Shown piece by piece: positions 1 to 10,032 of a stretch of DNA of 64,000 nt (the first letter of the stretch is position 1; every line of letters begins with the position of its first letter). The notes under the pieces are model-generated. The model searched no databases. It saw only the letters and a program-made list of their open reading frames with translations, and had not been told where the DNA came from. The translations under genes and the position numbers were made by a program. Source of the DNA: an uncultured Chloroflexia bacterium (GTDB lineage: Bacteria > Chloroflexota > Limnocylindria > Limnocylindrales > CSP1-4); assembly GCA_963748625.1 (NCBI GenBank), contig CAVVJT010000010.1, positions 1,152,001 to 1,216,000 on the forward strand. The letters run 5' to 3'.

Positions 1-157
1 CAGCCGGAGGGGGCAGGAGCCGGACGGCGCCAGGATGGGCGACAGGTCCCGGAACGGTGGTCCGCAGGGCCGCCGGCGAGGAGCAAGGCGGGACTCCAGG
101 GCCAGGCGCCCGCCGGCCCCGCAGGACGCCGGCCATCCGCCATCGGACGCCCAGTGC

Positions 158-958
158 TCAGGCCGGGTCGCCGCCTTCCGTCTGGGGCGGGGTCACGTGC
201 GTGGGGCCCTCGTCCTCGGCGGCATCCTCCTCGATGACGATCACGCGGAACGCCTCGCCCGCGTCGGTCGCGATCGCCTCCCCCTCCTCGCGCGCCCACT
301 CCCGGATGCGCAGCTCGAGCCGCTCGGGGTGACGGATCTGGCTCGCGTGCTCGCGGAGCGCGGCGAGCTTGCGATCCACGGTGGCACTCACGTCAACCCA
401 TGCCGACGGATGGTTCGACCAGAACAGGTAGATCCGCCGGACGACCCACGGCTCCAGGCCGTCGCGCGCGAGCCACGGGAAGGACTGCGCGTTGCGGGCC
501 GCCGGGTAGACCGCGTCGACTGCCGCCATCCCCGCGGCCCGGTGGTCGGTGTGGTTGACCCCGCCATCACCGTAGAAGAGCGTCTCCGGGTCCACCGTGA
601 GAACGGCATCGGGCTTGAAGGTCCGGATCTCGCGCACCAGGTGCTCGCGGAGGGCGAGGTCGTTGGCGAGGGCGCCGTCGGGCTGGTGGAGGAACGCGAC
701 CCCCGAGTAGCCGATGACCCTCGCCGCCGCCGTCTGCTCCGCCTCCCGGGTGGCGGCGAGCTCGAGCGGGTCGGCGCGCCAGTCGTCCGAGCCGGCATCC
801 CCGCTGGTACAGCACACGAGACGTCCCACGGACCCCTCGTCGATCCACGACGCGGCGGTCGCCGCCGGCCCGAAGTCGGCATCGTCGGGGTGGGCGACGA
901 TCACCATGAACCGCTGCGGGCGCCACGCGTGCGGGCTGGTCGGAGCGGCGTCCGCCAT
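158..958 (-). CDS. PIG-L family deacetylase (MshB/LmbE-like)
   Basis: Motifs VAHPDDADFG, TSGDAGS and NHTDH. GGAGG RBS upstream of ATG 958. Confidence 0.9.
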   Translation of the reverse strand: MADAAPTSPHAWRPQRFMVIVAHPDDADFGPAATAASWIDEGSVGRLVCCTSGDAGSDDWRADPLELAATREAEQTAAARVIGYSGVAFLHQPDGALANDLALREHLVREIRTFKPDAVLTVDPETLFYGDGGVNHTDHRAAGMAAVDAVYPAARNAQSFPWLARDGLEPWVVRRIYLFWSNHPSAWVDVSATVDRKLAALREHASQIRHPERLELRIREWAREEGEAIATDAGEAFRVIVIEEDAAEDEGPTHVTPPQTEGGDPA

Positions 959-1051
959 GCGGATGGACCTCCTTGGCGATGACCGGGCCGGTGCGCCAGG
1001 TTCATGCATTTCGACGATGTCAGCCGTTGTCGGCGAGTGCTACATTCTGCG

Positions 1052-1118
1052 CCGAGGCTTCGCTCGTATCCCCCCACGGGCGAAGCCTCACTCCATGTCC
1101 GGGACCCATCCGGACGGC
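1052..1118 (+). ncRNA. Candidate 6C-like sRNA, alternatively the terminator of bcp
   Basis: Extended -10 TGCTACATT at 1038-1046. Stem 1054-1067/1076-1089 with loop ATCCCCCC, then a second stem 1097-1115 with loop ACCCA. G-T pairs favour the + strand. Confidence 0.4.
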
Positions 1119-1122
1119 GATG

Positions 1123-1599
1123 TCAGGCCCCCCGGGCCGCCCGCAGCGCGGCCAGGACCTGGTCGGCGTGACCCTCCGCTCGCACCTTCGGCCAGGCCTT
1201 GGCGATGCGCCCATCCGGCCCCACGAGGAAGCTTGAGCGGATGATGCCCATGTAGGTGCGGCCATAGTTCTGCTTCTCGCCCCAGGCACCGTAGGCCTCG
1301 GCGACCGCGTGGTCCTCGTCGGAGAGGAGCGTGAACGGGAGGCCGAACTTGGCGCGGAAGGCGGCGTGGCTCCCGGCCCCGTCGGGGCTGACGCCCCAGA
1401 CCTGCGCATCGAGGTCCCCAAGCTCGCCGTGGAGATCCCGGAACCCGCAGGCCTCGGTGGTGCACCCGGGCGTGTCGTCCTTGGGGTAGAAGTAGACGAC
1501 GGTCCATGCGCCCTGGCGTGCGCTCAGACGGTGGACGGTGCCCTGATCGTCGGGAAGCGCGACCTCGGGGGCCAGGTCGCCGGCCTGCGGCATGCTCAT
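1123..1599 (-). CDS. bcp: Thioredoxin-dependent thiol peroxidase (Bcp/PrxQ)
   Basis: YFYPKDDTPGCTTEACGFRD signature and GIIRSSFLVGPDGRI. Confidence 0.95.
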   Translation of the reverse strand: MSMPQAGDLAPEVALPDDQGTVHRLSARQGAWTVVYFYPKDDTPGCTTEACGFRDLHGELGDLDAQVWGVSPDGAGSHAAFRAKFGLPFTLLSDEDHAVAEAYGAWGEKQNYGRTYMGIIRSSFLVGPDGRIAKAWPKVRAEGHADQVLAALRAARGA

Positions 1600-2360
1600 G
1601 GCCGCGAGGATAGCGGCGCGGGCGCCGGGGCGGGTTCGGCGTGTCCCCAGGCGCTCTCGACGAGCAGGAGCCTGCCGCTGCCGACCGTCACGGCCGCGTC
1701 CGGCGCCGTGCGCACGTTCGACAGGCCACGGGCGGGACCGGTGCGCAGCGGCTCCTGGGCCAGCGGGTAGCGCAGGCCGCTCGTGGTGATGCCCTCCGCA
1801 TCCCCACCGAGGGGGAGGAGCGACACCAGCGCCCCAACCGGACCGGGCAGCGGTCGAGTCACGGGTCGTCCGCTGGGACCGGGGGCGGTCACCAGGGAGA
1901 CCCGTGTGCGCGCGTCGAGGAGGCACACCGCAACGGCACCGAGGCCCGGGTGGGCGAGGAGCCACACGTTGGCAAGTGCATGGTCGAGGCGTGGTCCACC
2001 GAGCGCACCGACGACGGTCACCCGGGTTGCGCCCCGGCGGACCGCCTCGAGGAGGGCCAGCTCCGTGTCCGATTCGTCCTTGTCGACGCTGGAGCGCAGG
2101 ATCGGGACGCCCGCCGCCCGGACGGCGGCCACGGTCCCGGCGTCGAGCGAGTCCAGGTCACCGAGCAGGAGCGCGGGTCTGAAGTCGAGCGCCCGCGCCC
2201 GCAGCCAGCCTCCATCCGCGGCGATCACGAACGCCGCGTCATCGTCCCAGCCGGGCCACGCGGCATCGAGCGCGGCCCTGGGTGGCACATCGCCGTCGGC
2301 GACCACGATGACGTGCCGACCCTCCTGCTCGGGGAGTCGGCTTGCGTGTCCGGTGTCCAT
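1596..2360 (-). CDS. thiN: Thiamine pyrophosphokinase
   Basis: IAADGG, GDLDS, DKDESDTELAL, GGPRLDHALAN and RGLSN motifs. Confidence 0.9.
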   Translation of the reverse strand: MDTGHASRLPEQEGRHVIVVADGDVPPRAALDAAWPGWDDDAAFVIAADGGWLRARALDFRPALLLGDLDSLDAGTVAAVRAAGVPILRSSVDKDESDTELALLEAVRRGATRVTVVGALGGPRLDHALANVWLLAHPGLGAVAVCLLDARTRVSLVTAPGPSGRPVTRPLPGPVGALVSLLPLGGDAEGITTSGLRYPLAQEPLRTGPARGLSNVRTAPDAAVTVGSGRLLLVESAWGHAEPAPAPAPLSSRP

Positions 2361-2418
2361 CGGTCCAAGCCTACTCGCCGGCGGCTTCGGGCGAGCGGGT
2401 TCGTGTATGCTCGCGGGC

Positions 2419-2979
2419 GTGCCGGATTCCCCGTTTCCTCCTGCCGTCCAGCGGGTCGTTGACGCTGCCGCCCGCAAGGGCGTGACGCTCGACATCCTCC
2501 TGTCCGACGAGTCCGCGCACACGGCGGAGCAGGCAGCGGCGGCCGTCGGCGTGGAGCTCGGCCAGATCGTCAAGTCGCTGGTCTTCGTCGCTCCGGGCGA
2601 GCATGGCCTCGAACCGGTCCTCTGCCTCGTCTCCGGGCCCAACCGGGTGGACATGGCCCGCCTCGCCGCGGTGCTCGGCGAACCCGACGTCCGGCGCGCC
2701 ACCGCCAACGAGGCACGGGAGCTCACCGGGTTCTCGATCGGCGGCATCCCGCCCATCGGTCACGGGCGGGCCATCCGCGTGATCATGGATCCCGACCTCG
2801 GGCGATTCCAGGTGGTGTGGGCGGCTGCCGGCACGCCGACCGCGGTGTTCCCGGTCGCGCCGGGCACGCTGCGCATGCTGGCCAACGCCAACGTCGCCCC
2901 GGTCTGCGAGGAGCGCGACCGGCCGGTGCCCGACCTCCCTGGCTACATGGCCGCGCCGCAGCCCAATGGTGGCGCCTGA
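2419..2979 (+). CDS. YbaK/EbsC aminoacyl-tRNA editing domain protein
   Basis: HTAEQAAAAVG, QIVKSLVF, TGFSIGGIPPIGH and VWAAAGT. GTG start lies 7 nt after TATGCT. Confidence 0.9.
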   Translation: MPDSPFPPAVQRVVDAAARKGVTLDILLSDESAHTAEQAAAAVGVELGQIVKSLVFVAPGEHGLEPVLCLVSGPNRVDMARLAAVLGEPDVRRATANEARELTGFSIGGIPPIGHGRAIRVIMDPDLGRFQVVWAAAGTPTAVFPVAPGTLRMLANANVAPVCEERDRPVPDLPGYMAAPQPNGGA

Positions 2980-3010
2980 CGCCGCCTGCCGACCACGGAG
3001 CCTCCATCCG

Positions 3011-3580
3011 ATGACGATCGAACCGCGGCACGCGGTCATCACGTTCCCCGGCGGCCTCCGCGCCGCCGTTCGGTGGACAGGTTCAGGCCAGGCACCGGCG
3101 TTGTTCGCCCTCACCGAGGCCGGCGGCCCGCTCACCGACCTGGGCGAGCTCACCGGTGCGGAGCCCGACCGCCGCTGCCGGGCCGAGCTGCGGGTCGACA
3201 CGCCGGCCGGGCCTTGGACGGTGCGCCTCGCATCGCTGGTGAACGACGAGCCCGCAGCCCTGGCCTGGGACACCGAAGCCCTGCTGGTGGTCAAGTACGG
3301 GTTCCACGTCTACGCCTTCGAGGCACGCACGGGCGTGCTGCGCTGGAGCCACCGGTCGGCCACCCCGGTCCTGGTGCTCCTCGGGTCGTCGCGCCTGCCC
3401 CACGTGCTTGCCCAGGCTGAGATCGAGACGTTCGCCCTCCGCGGGGACGGCGAGGTTGCATGGCGGGTCGCCCACTCCGACGTCGTCACAGCGGCGGAGC
3501 TGGTGGGCGGCAGCCTCGTGCTGACGAGCTTCAGCGGCCAGGTGCAAGCGCTCGACCCGCTGACGGGACGGGGCAGCTGA
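3011..3580 (+). CDS. Hypothetical protein with PQQ-like beta-propeller blades
   Basis: VYAFEARTGVLRW and VQALDPLTG repeats, typical GC-rich codon pattern. Confidence 0.6.
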   Translation: MTIEPRHAVITFPGGLRAAVRWTGSGQAPALFALTEAGGPLTDLGELTGAEPDRRCRAELRVDTPAGPWTVRLASLVNDEPAALAWDTEALLVVKYGFHVYAFEARTGVLRWSHRSATPVLVLLGSSRLPHVLAQAEIETFALRGDGEVAWRVAHSDVVTAAELVGGSLVLTSFSGQVQALDPLTGRGS

Positions 3581-3590
3581 AGCCACGACG

Positions 3591-3793
3591 TTGTCCACCG
3601 CGCACGGCGACCCGAGTGCGCTTGCGCTTGCGCTGGGGGCCGAGCCTGTGGAACGACGGTGGATAAGTCACCCGGGCCGCCGCCGCAATAGGTGGACAAC
3701 CCGATTGACCCGACGCCGGCCGCACCCGTAGCGTGGAACGCGGTCCGAAGGGGCTGAGCGATGCTAACGGCCGCGATGACATCAAGGTCCACG
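3591..3793. promoter_or_regulatory. Cluster of DnaA-box-like 9-mers
   Basis: TTGTCCACC 3591(+), TTATCCACC 3658(-), TTGTCCACC 3691(-), with weaker CGTTCCACA 3647(-), CGTTCCACG 3732(-) and AGGTCCACG 3785(+), all in one intergenic gap. Confidence 0.45.
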
Positions 3794-3890
3794 CGTCGAG
3801 TAGGTTCCTTCGGATCATTGATTCCCGGCGCACGACGCCTTGACCAGCCGGTGCCCCTGTCCCGCGGACGGCATGTGCAATGATCGCGCC

Positions 3891-4607
3891 GTGATCCCCA
3901 TCGTCCTCGCCCTGATCGGCATCGGCGCGCTCGGCGCCGGCTGGCTGGTCATGCGCAGCCTCGGCCCGCGTGCCCGGATCGGCCGCATCATCGCGAGCAC
4001 CCCGGTGGTGCCGGTGGACCGCGCGGTGGCGATCGCCCGCTCCGGGAAGCCGCGGTACGTGGCCGTCGGCGGGCGCGTGGACGCCGAGGAGGAGTTTCTC
4101 GACGAGAACGAGCGGCCGCTCGTCTACCGCCGCACCAGGCTGGAGCTCAGGACCGGCAAGGACTGGGAAGCGGTTGAGGATGTCCGGGAGGCGCTGCCGT
4201 TCGAGATCGCGGGTGGCGTGGAGCGGATCGCGGTGGACCAGGACGACCTGCGCGAGGGTGTCGTCGTGGTCGTGCGCGAGTCCGTCGGCACCGCGGACGA
4301 GATCCCTGACCGGCTGCCGGCCGGCACGGATCCGGTGACACCGGTACGGCTCCAGGTGGAGCACGTGAGCACCATCGATCACGCCATGGTCCTGGGCGTT
4401 CCCACCGTGGACCCGGCGCGCGGGCCGATCATGCGCGCGGGCTACGGGCGCCCGCTCATCCTGAGCACGCTGGAGCCGGCCGAGGCGATGCGACTGCTGG
4501 CGCTTGGACGACGAGGCTCGACCCGGGCTGCGAGCCTGCTCCTCGGAACGGGTGCGGCGGTCCTGGTGACCGCTGCCGCCTGGGCGCTGGTCGATGCGAT
4601 CTCGTAG
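3891..4607 (+). CDS. Membrane protein with N- and C-terminal TM helices (possibly GIDE-like)
   Basis: Hydrophobic ends flanking a soluble beta-rich domain. Confidence 0.6.
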   Translation: MIPIVLALIGIGALGAGWLVMRSLGPRARIGRIIASTPVVPVDRAVAIARSGKPRYVAVGGRVDAEEEFLDENERPLVYRRTRLELRTGKDWEAVEDVREALPFEIAGGVERIAVDQDDLREGVVVVVRESVGTADEIPDRLPAGTDPVTPVRLQVEHVSTIDHAMVLGVPTVDPARGPIMRAGYGRPLILSTLEPAEAMRLLALGRRGSTRAASLLLGTGAAVLVTAAAWALVDAIS

Positions 4608-4611
4608 GCCG

Positions 4612-4893
4612 ATGCGGGATCGCCAGACCCGGAAGAGCGTGCGCGCCGCGGGCATGCTTCCGGTGGCACTGGCATGGGCGCTGGCCGCAGCGACAGCGCT
4701 GGCCGCGTCACCGGCCCCGTCAAGCGGTGCGGGCGCCGACCCGCGCTCGAGTGGCCAGGGACCTGGCCTCGTGGGCGATCCGATGCTGGCCATCCTGGTG
4801 GTGGCCGCGATCGGCGTGCTGAGCCTGGTCGCGACGCTGGCGTACGTGCGAGCCACCGGCGGGTCCCGGGGAGCGGGCGGCACGCGTCGGTGA
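4612..4893 (+). CDS. Small membrane protein
   Basis: Signal-like N-terminus, DPRSSGQGPGLVGDP linker, C-terminal TM helix. Confidence 0.5.
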   Translation: MRDRQTRKSVRAAGMLPVALAWALAAATALAASPAPSSGAGADPRSSGQGPGLVGDPMLAILVVAAIGVLSLVATLAYVRATGGSRGAGGTRR

Positions 4894-5009
4894 GGCGCCG
4901 GCTCGGCGCCGGGGCGGGCCCTACCCGAGACGGGGCTACCCGAGACCGGTGTGGACGATCGTCCTATTGTCAATTGCTGTAAAGCAAGCGAAAGTCTTGG
5001 CGAGCGCTG

Positions 5010-7892
5010 ATGCCTGCCAAAGCCACCATTTCCTCCACCGATCCTCGAGCCCCCCGCCCTGGTGATGCGAACCTGACCGTCACCCGGGCAGCACGTGTCC
5101 TCGGCGTGCACCCCAACACGGTCCGGGCGTGGAGTGAGGCGGGCCGCCTGCGGTACTACCGCATCAACGAGCGGGGCGACCGGCGGTACCGCCTCATCGA
5201 CCTCCAGCGGTTCCTCACGGCCGCGGAATCCCCAGTCCAGGTATCCGGCTCCGCGCAGCCCCAAGGCCGCCCCGATCGACGGAGCGCCACTCCGCCGATG
5301 CTCGAGGAGACGCCCGCGGGCCTGACGCTGCTCGCGGACCTCGCCGAGGTGGCCTCCTTCCCCAGCGGCCTCGATCCAGCGCTCGACGAGGCATGCCGCC
5401 GCATCCGCACCGCCACCGGGGCCGCCCTCGTCGGCATCTGGGAGCGTCGTCCGGGCGGCCTCGTCCCCAGGGCGACCGACGTCGAAGGCCCGGGCGTCAC
5501 CGCCACCCGCAACATCCCGCTGGCCGCCGGCCTCTTCGCCCAGGCGCTCGAGTCGGAGGTGCCCCTCCACGCCCGCCCCGGATCGAGCGGACCGATGCCC
5601 GTCCTCGGCATGGGGACCGACGAGCTGGTGGTCCGCATCCCGGGCGGTGAAGCGCCGTGGGGCCTCCTGGTCCTCGCGGGCGCCATGCAGCTGGGGCCGG
5701 ACGATGGCAGGCACCTCGCCGATGCCATCGCGCGCACCCTGGGCGTGCTGGTCCGGGGTGCCGGTGCGGCCGAGCAGGCCGCAAGCCGTCTCCGGCGCTC
5801 AGAGGCACTGCGGCGCGTCGCCACCGACCTGGCCTCGCGCCTCGACATCAACGATGTCGTACGCGACCTCTCGGACCACTGCCGCGTGCTCTTCGGCGCC
5901 GACCGCGTGGCCGTCATCCTGCGTGATGCCGAGGGCCGTGTCTCGTCGCCCGGTGGCTCCGGGTTCTCGGACACGTTCCTGTCCACCGCACGGGTGCTGG
6001 AGGAGGCCCACCTCGGCCAGCGCGAGATCCCGTCCCGGCGGCCGACGCCACTGCTGGGCCCGGACGTGCCCCGCTCCACGAGCCCGATGCGCGCCGCAGG
6101 CATCCAGGAGGGGGTGGACAGCCTGCTCATGGCCCCGCTCGTGGACGGACACGACCTGCACGGCGTGCTCTACCTCGCCCACGATCGCCCGCACCGCTGG
6201 CGCGACGTGGACCTCGATGCCGCCGATGCGCTGGCTGGCGACGCCGCGATCGCCGTCCGCTCGGCGCGGACCTTCGGCCGGATGGCGGCTTGGGCGGCCC
6301 AGCTCCAGTCGATCCAGCGCCTGGGGGCACGGCTGTCGGGCTTGTCGGACGTGCGTGAGATCGGCAGCACCATCGCCACCGAGCTGCGCCAGCTCATCAG
6401 CTACGACAACGCCCGGGTCTACCGCGTCTCCGGCCCGTCGCTGGTGCCGGTCGCCATGCAGGGCACGAGCGAGATCTACTCGGCGGAAACCGCCGAGACC
6501 CTCAAGGTCGCGATCGGCGAGGGCATCACGGGGTGGGTCGCCCGCTTCCGGGTCCCGCAGCTGGTGGACGATTCGGCGAGCGATCCGCGTGCGGTCACGA
6601 TCCCCGGGTCCGAGGACGACCTCGACGAGTCCATGCTGCTCGCCCCGATGGTCCACGAGGGCGTGTGCCTGGGCGTGGTGGTGCTGGTGAAGCTGGGCCT
6701 GCGCCAGTTCACCGAGGACGATCTGCGCCTGCTCGTCATCTATGCGTCCTTCGCGGCCCAGGCCATGGCCAACGCCGATGCCACGGCTCGCCTGCGCGAG
6801 CAGTCGTCCACGCTCGAGCGCCAGCTGCGTGCCCAGCGCGAGCTCCTGCGGATCACGGAGTCGATCCTGACCACGCTCGACCAGCGCCAGGTGCTGGAGC
6901 AGATCACCGACCGCCTCGGGACGCTGATCCGGTGCGACAACATCGCGATCGAGGTGGTGGAGCGGGACACGGGGCGTCTCCGCCCGCTCACCGCACGCGG
7001 CGTCCACGCCGATGCCTACATGCAGCCGTGGGAGCCGGGCGAGACGGGCGATCGCCACGTGGGTGGTGGAGCACAACGAGCCGGCCCTGATCGAGGACCA
7101 GGCGGAGGACGCACGGGTCAACCACTTCCGCGAGCTCGGGCCGGCCGAGGGCAGTCTGATCGTGGTCCCGCTGCGCGGTCCGCAGGGCGCAGCCGGCGTG
7201 CTGACCCTGGAGCGCCTCGGGGCGGAGAGCCGGTTCGACCGGGGTGACTTCGACCTCGTCCAGCTGTTCGCGGCCCAGGTGTCGATCGCGCTGCGCAACG
7301 CCGAGACGTTCGAGGCGGCCGAGGTCCGCGCCCGCACCGACGACCTCACCGGCCTGCTCAACCACGGCACCTTCCACGACATGCTCCGGCGGAGCGTCGC
7401 GAACCACGAGGCGTTCGGCATCGTGATGATCGACCTCGACGAGTTCAAGGCGATCAACGACACGCTCGGTCACCAGGCCGGCGACCGGCATGCTGCGCGA
7501 GATCGCGCATGCGATCCAGGGTGCCGCCCGCGACACCGACGCCGCGTTCCGCTACGGCGGCGACGAGTTCGCGGTGCTGCTGCCACACAGCGATGCCCGC
7601 GGCCTCCACCCCGTCGCCGAACGCATCCGCGCGTCGGTCGAGGCGGTCGGCGCAGCCGGCTCACCGTGGGCCAGGGAGGGCGTCAGCGTCTCGGCGTCGA
7701 TCGGCACCGCCTCCTACCCGATCGACGGTGACACGCCGGAGGCGGTGCTGCTCGCGGCGGACCGGGCATGCTTCGTGGCCAAGCGGCGCGGCCGCGGGCC
7801 GGGTGGCGACGGCGTCGGAGGGACTCGCCCTGGCGGCCGAGTTCACGCTGTCCGAGCCCACCCCGGTGGACCCGCCGACCGTCAGCGCGTAG
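5010..7892 (+). CDS. Diguanylate cyclase with N-terminal BldC/Xis-like HTH and multiple GAF domains (frameshifted at ~7050, ~7488, ~7797)
   Basis: LTVTRAARVLGVHPNTVRAW HTH, GAF repeats, TDDLTGLLNH, DLDEFKAINDTLGHQAGD and RDTD...RYGGDEF spread over consecutive frames. Confidence 0.85.
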
Positions 7893-7918
7893 GGTGGTCG
7901 CGGCGCCCCCGGAACAAG

Positions 7919-7998
7919 CACGGGCCCTCGGGCGTCCACGATCCCGGGTGCACGCGCGGCCCCTCGGGCGACCACGATCCCGGGCGCACGCGCGGCCC
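7919..7998. repeat. Tandem duplication of a ~40-bp unit
   Basis: CCCTCGGGCG(T/A)CCACGATCCCGGG(T/C)GCACGCGCGGCCC occurs twice. Confidence 0.7.
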
Positions 7999-8028
7999 AG
8001 CGCCGTCGCCCACTGCTCGGAGTACCGC

Positions 8029-8540
8029 GTGCCTTCGTCGTCCCGGACAACCGCCCGCCCCCGTCGCCCGGCCGCCATCGCGCTCGTGTGCCTCGCCCTC
8101 GCGGTCGTCGCTGGGGCCTGCCTGCCGGCCGCGATCCGGCCGACCCCCACACCCGTGGTCACGCCCACCCCGCAGCCGACCGTGCCGCCGCCCACGCCCA
8201 CGCCCGGGCCCGCCCACGCCGACGCCCGGGCCCCGAGTTCGTGCAGCACAAGGTCGTCCGCGGCGACACGCTGACCTCGCTCGCCCGCAAGTACAAGACC
8301 AACGGGCCGCTCGATCGCGTACTGGAATCGCGACGAGTATCCGTCGCTCGATCCCGAGTCGCCGGGCTACGCGCCCGGACAACCTCAAGCGGGGATGGGT
8401 GCTGCAGGATCCTGCCGGGCGAGGAGTACTCGCCCCCGCCCGACGACGGCGAGACGGACGAGGAGGTCACGCCGGAGCCCGAGGAGGACTTCGAGACCGA
8501 GGCGCCGTCGGCCGACGGGGAGGCGAGCCCGGAGGCGTAG
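8029..8540 (+). CDS. LysM-domain lipoprotein (frameshifted)
   Basis: Lipobox-like VAGAC, Pro/Thr linker, HKVVRGDTLTSLARKY LysM motif and acidic tail, in different frames. Confidence 0.7.
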
Positions 8541-8579
8541 TCCGGAGGCGACGCTGCGGAGGCGGAAAGCCTGGCCCCA

Positions 8580-8680
8580 GTGCCGTCCCGGCCGGCGGGC
8601 GTACGTGCCGCCGGCCGGCCGTACGTGCCGTCCCGGCCGGCGGGCCGTACGTGCCGTCCCGGCCGGCGGGCCGTACGTGC
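8580..8680. repeat. Tandem 26-bp repeat (~4 copies)
   Basis: Unit GTGCCGTCCCGGCCGGCGGGCCGTAC. Confidence 0.85.
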
Positions 8681-8784
8681 AGAATCTCGCACAGCACTGC
8701 CGCTGGACGGTTGTCGATGCCCTAAAGCGCCCGATTCGGGGGTGGTCTGCCCGCCCTGCGGCACAAACGTGCGGAATCCTGCAC
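8677..8784. repeat. REP/MITE-like element with 27-bp imperfect inverted repeats
   Basis: GTGCAGAATCTCGCACAGCACTGCCGC (8677-8703) versus the reverse complement of 8758-8784, GTGCAGGATTCCGCACGTTTGTGCCGC. Confidence 0.6.
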
Positions 8785-8818
8785 ACAGGGCCCGCTGGGC
8801 GGGTGGACGGGGTGGGCG

Positions 8819-8948
8819 GCAGCCGTGCGTGGCCAGCGGGCGGGCCCCTCGGCCGGCAGCCGCGTGGCCAGCGGGCGGGCTCGCTCGGCCGGCAGCCGCG
8901 TGGCCAGCGGGCGGGCTCGCTCGGCCCGCAGCCGCGTGGCCAGCGGGG
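8819..8948. repeat. Tandem ~36-bp repeat (~3.5 copies)
   Basis: Unit GCAGCCGCGTGGCCAGCGGGCGGGCTCGCTCGGCCG. Confidence 0.85.
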
Positions 8949-9019
8949 CGGCAGCGCAGCCGGGACGTGCGGGTGCGTCGTCGGAGGCGTCGTCGCGCCC
9001 GACCGCTATCCTCTCGGCC

Positions 9020-9772
9020 ATGACCATCCGCGCACCCCGCATCGTCGTAACGCTCGCGGTGCCCACGCGTGACCCCCAGCCCGCGCTTGCGGCCCGGAAG
9101 AACGCGCTGTACGTGGACTCGGTGGTGCGTCACGGCGCGACCGCGATCCCCCTGGACGCGACCACATCGGCGGCCGATCGCGCGGGCGCCTTCGCCTCGA
9201 TGGACGGGCTGCTGATCTCGGGCGGGACGGACCTCGCCCCGACGCTGTACGGCGAGCCGGACGCGGGCTCCCGCAGCGTGGAACACGACCGCGACCATCT
9301 CGAGCGCGAGGCCTACGACGTCGCCGACCGGCGCAGCCTGCCGATCCTCGGGATCTGCCGCGGGCTGCAGGCGATGAACGTGTTCGGCGGCGGGCGCCTG
9401 GTGCAGCACCTCGACGGCCACAGCGGCCCCGGCTGGGGCAACGGGCACGCGCACACGCACCCGATCCGGGTGGTGCCGGGGACGAGGTTCGCGGGGATCG
9501 TCGCCTCGATGGGCTCCGGGGCCGACGTGCTGCACGTGAACAGCTACCACCACCAGGGCGTGACCGAGGAGCACCTGGCGCCGGGGTTCGTCGCGGCGGC
9601 CTGGGCGCACAGCCCGATCGGGGACCTGGTCGAGGCGCTCGAGGCGCCCGACGGGCCGTTCAGGATCGGGGTGCAGTGCCATCCCGAGCGGACGGAGTCG
9701 TCGCCGCGCGAGATGGAGCGGCTGTTCGCGTCGTTCGTCGCGGCCTGCCGGGAGCCGCTGGCCGGCCGCTGA
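9020..9772 (+). CDS. Peptidase C26 / gamma-glutamyl-gamma-aminobutyrate hydrolase family
   Basis: GLLISGGTD, ILGICRGLQ, VNSYHHQ and GVQCHPE (Cys-His-Glu triad). Confidence 0.9.
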   Translation: MTIRAPRIVVTLAVPTRDPQPALAARKNALYVDSVVRHGATAIPLDATTSAADRAGAFASMDGLLISGGTDLAPTLYGEPDAGSRSVEHDRDHLEREAYDVADRRSLPILGICRGLQAMNVFGGGRLVQHLDGHSGPGWGNGHAHTHPIRVVPGTRFAGIVASMGSGADVLHVNSYHHQGVTEEHLAPGFVAAAWAHSPIGDLVEALEAPDGPFRIGVQCHPERTESSPREMERLFASFVAACREPLAGR

Positions 9773-9886
9773 GTTGCCCGACGGCCGCTGAGTTGCCCGA
9801 CGGCCGCTGAGTTGCCCGACGGCCGCTGAGTTGCCCGACGGCCGCTGAGTTGCCCGACGGCCGCTGAGTTGCCCGACGGCCGCTGA
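9763..9886. repeat. Perfect 19-bp tandem repeat x6.5
   Basis: Unit CGGCCGCTGAGTTGCCCGA, containing the stop codon of the upstream gene. Confidence 0.95.
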
Positions 9887-9901
9887 ACCGCTCTCCGCCG
9901 G

Positions 9902-10010
9902 CCGGTCGCCCACCGCCGCCCGGTCGCCCACCGCCGCCCGGTCGCCCACCGCCGCCCGGTCGCCCACCGCCGCCCGGTCGCCCACCGCCGCCCGGTCGCC
10001 CATCGCCGCC
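9902..10010. repeat. 18-bp tandem repeat x6
   Basis: Unit CCGGTCGCCCACCGCCGC. Confidence 0.95.
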
Positions 10011-10032
10011 CAACCCTGGGCTCGTGCGTGGA

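Noticed and set aside
3580-3890. Definite oriC call
   Set aside because: No dnaA, dnaN or gyrB nearby and no clear AT-rich unwinding element. Reported only as a DnaA-box cluster.
9763-10010. Possible CRISPR array
   Set aside because: The units are head-to-tail with no unique spacers, and there are no cas genes in the window. These are simple tandem repeats.
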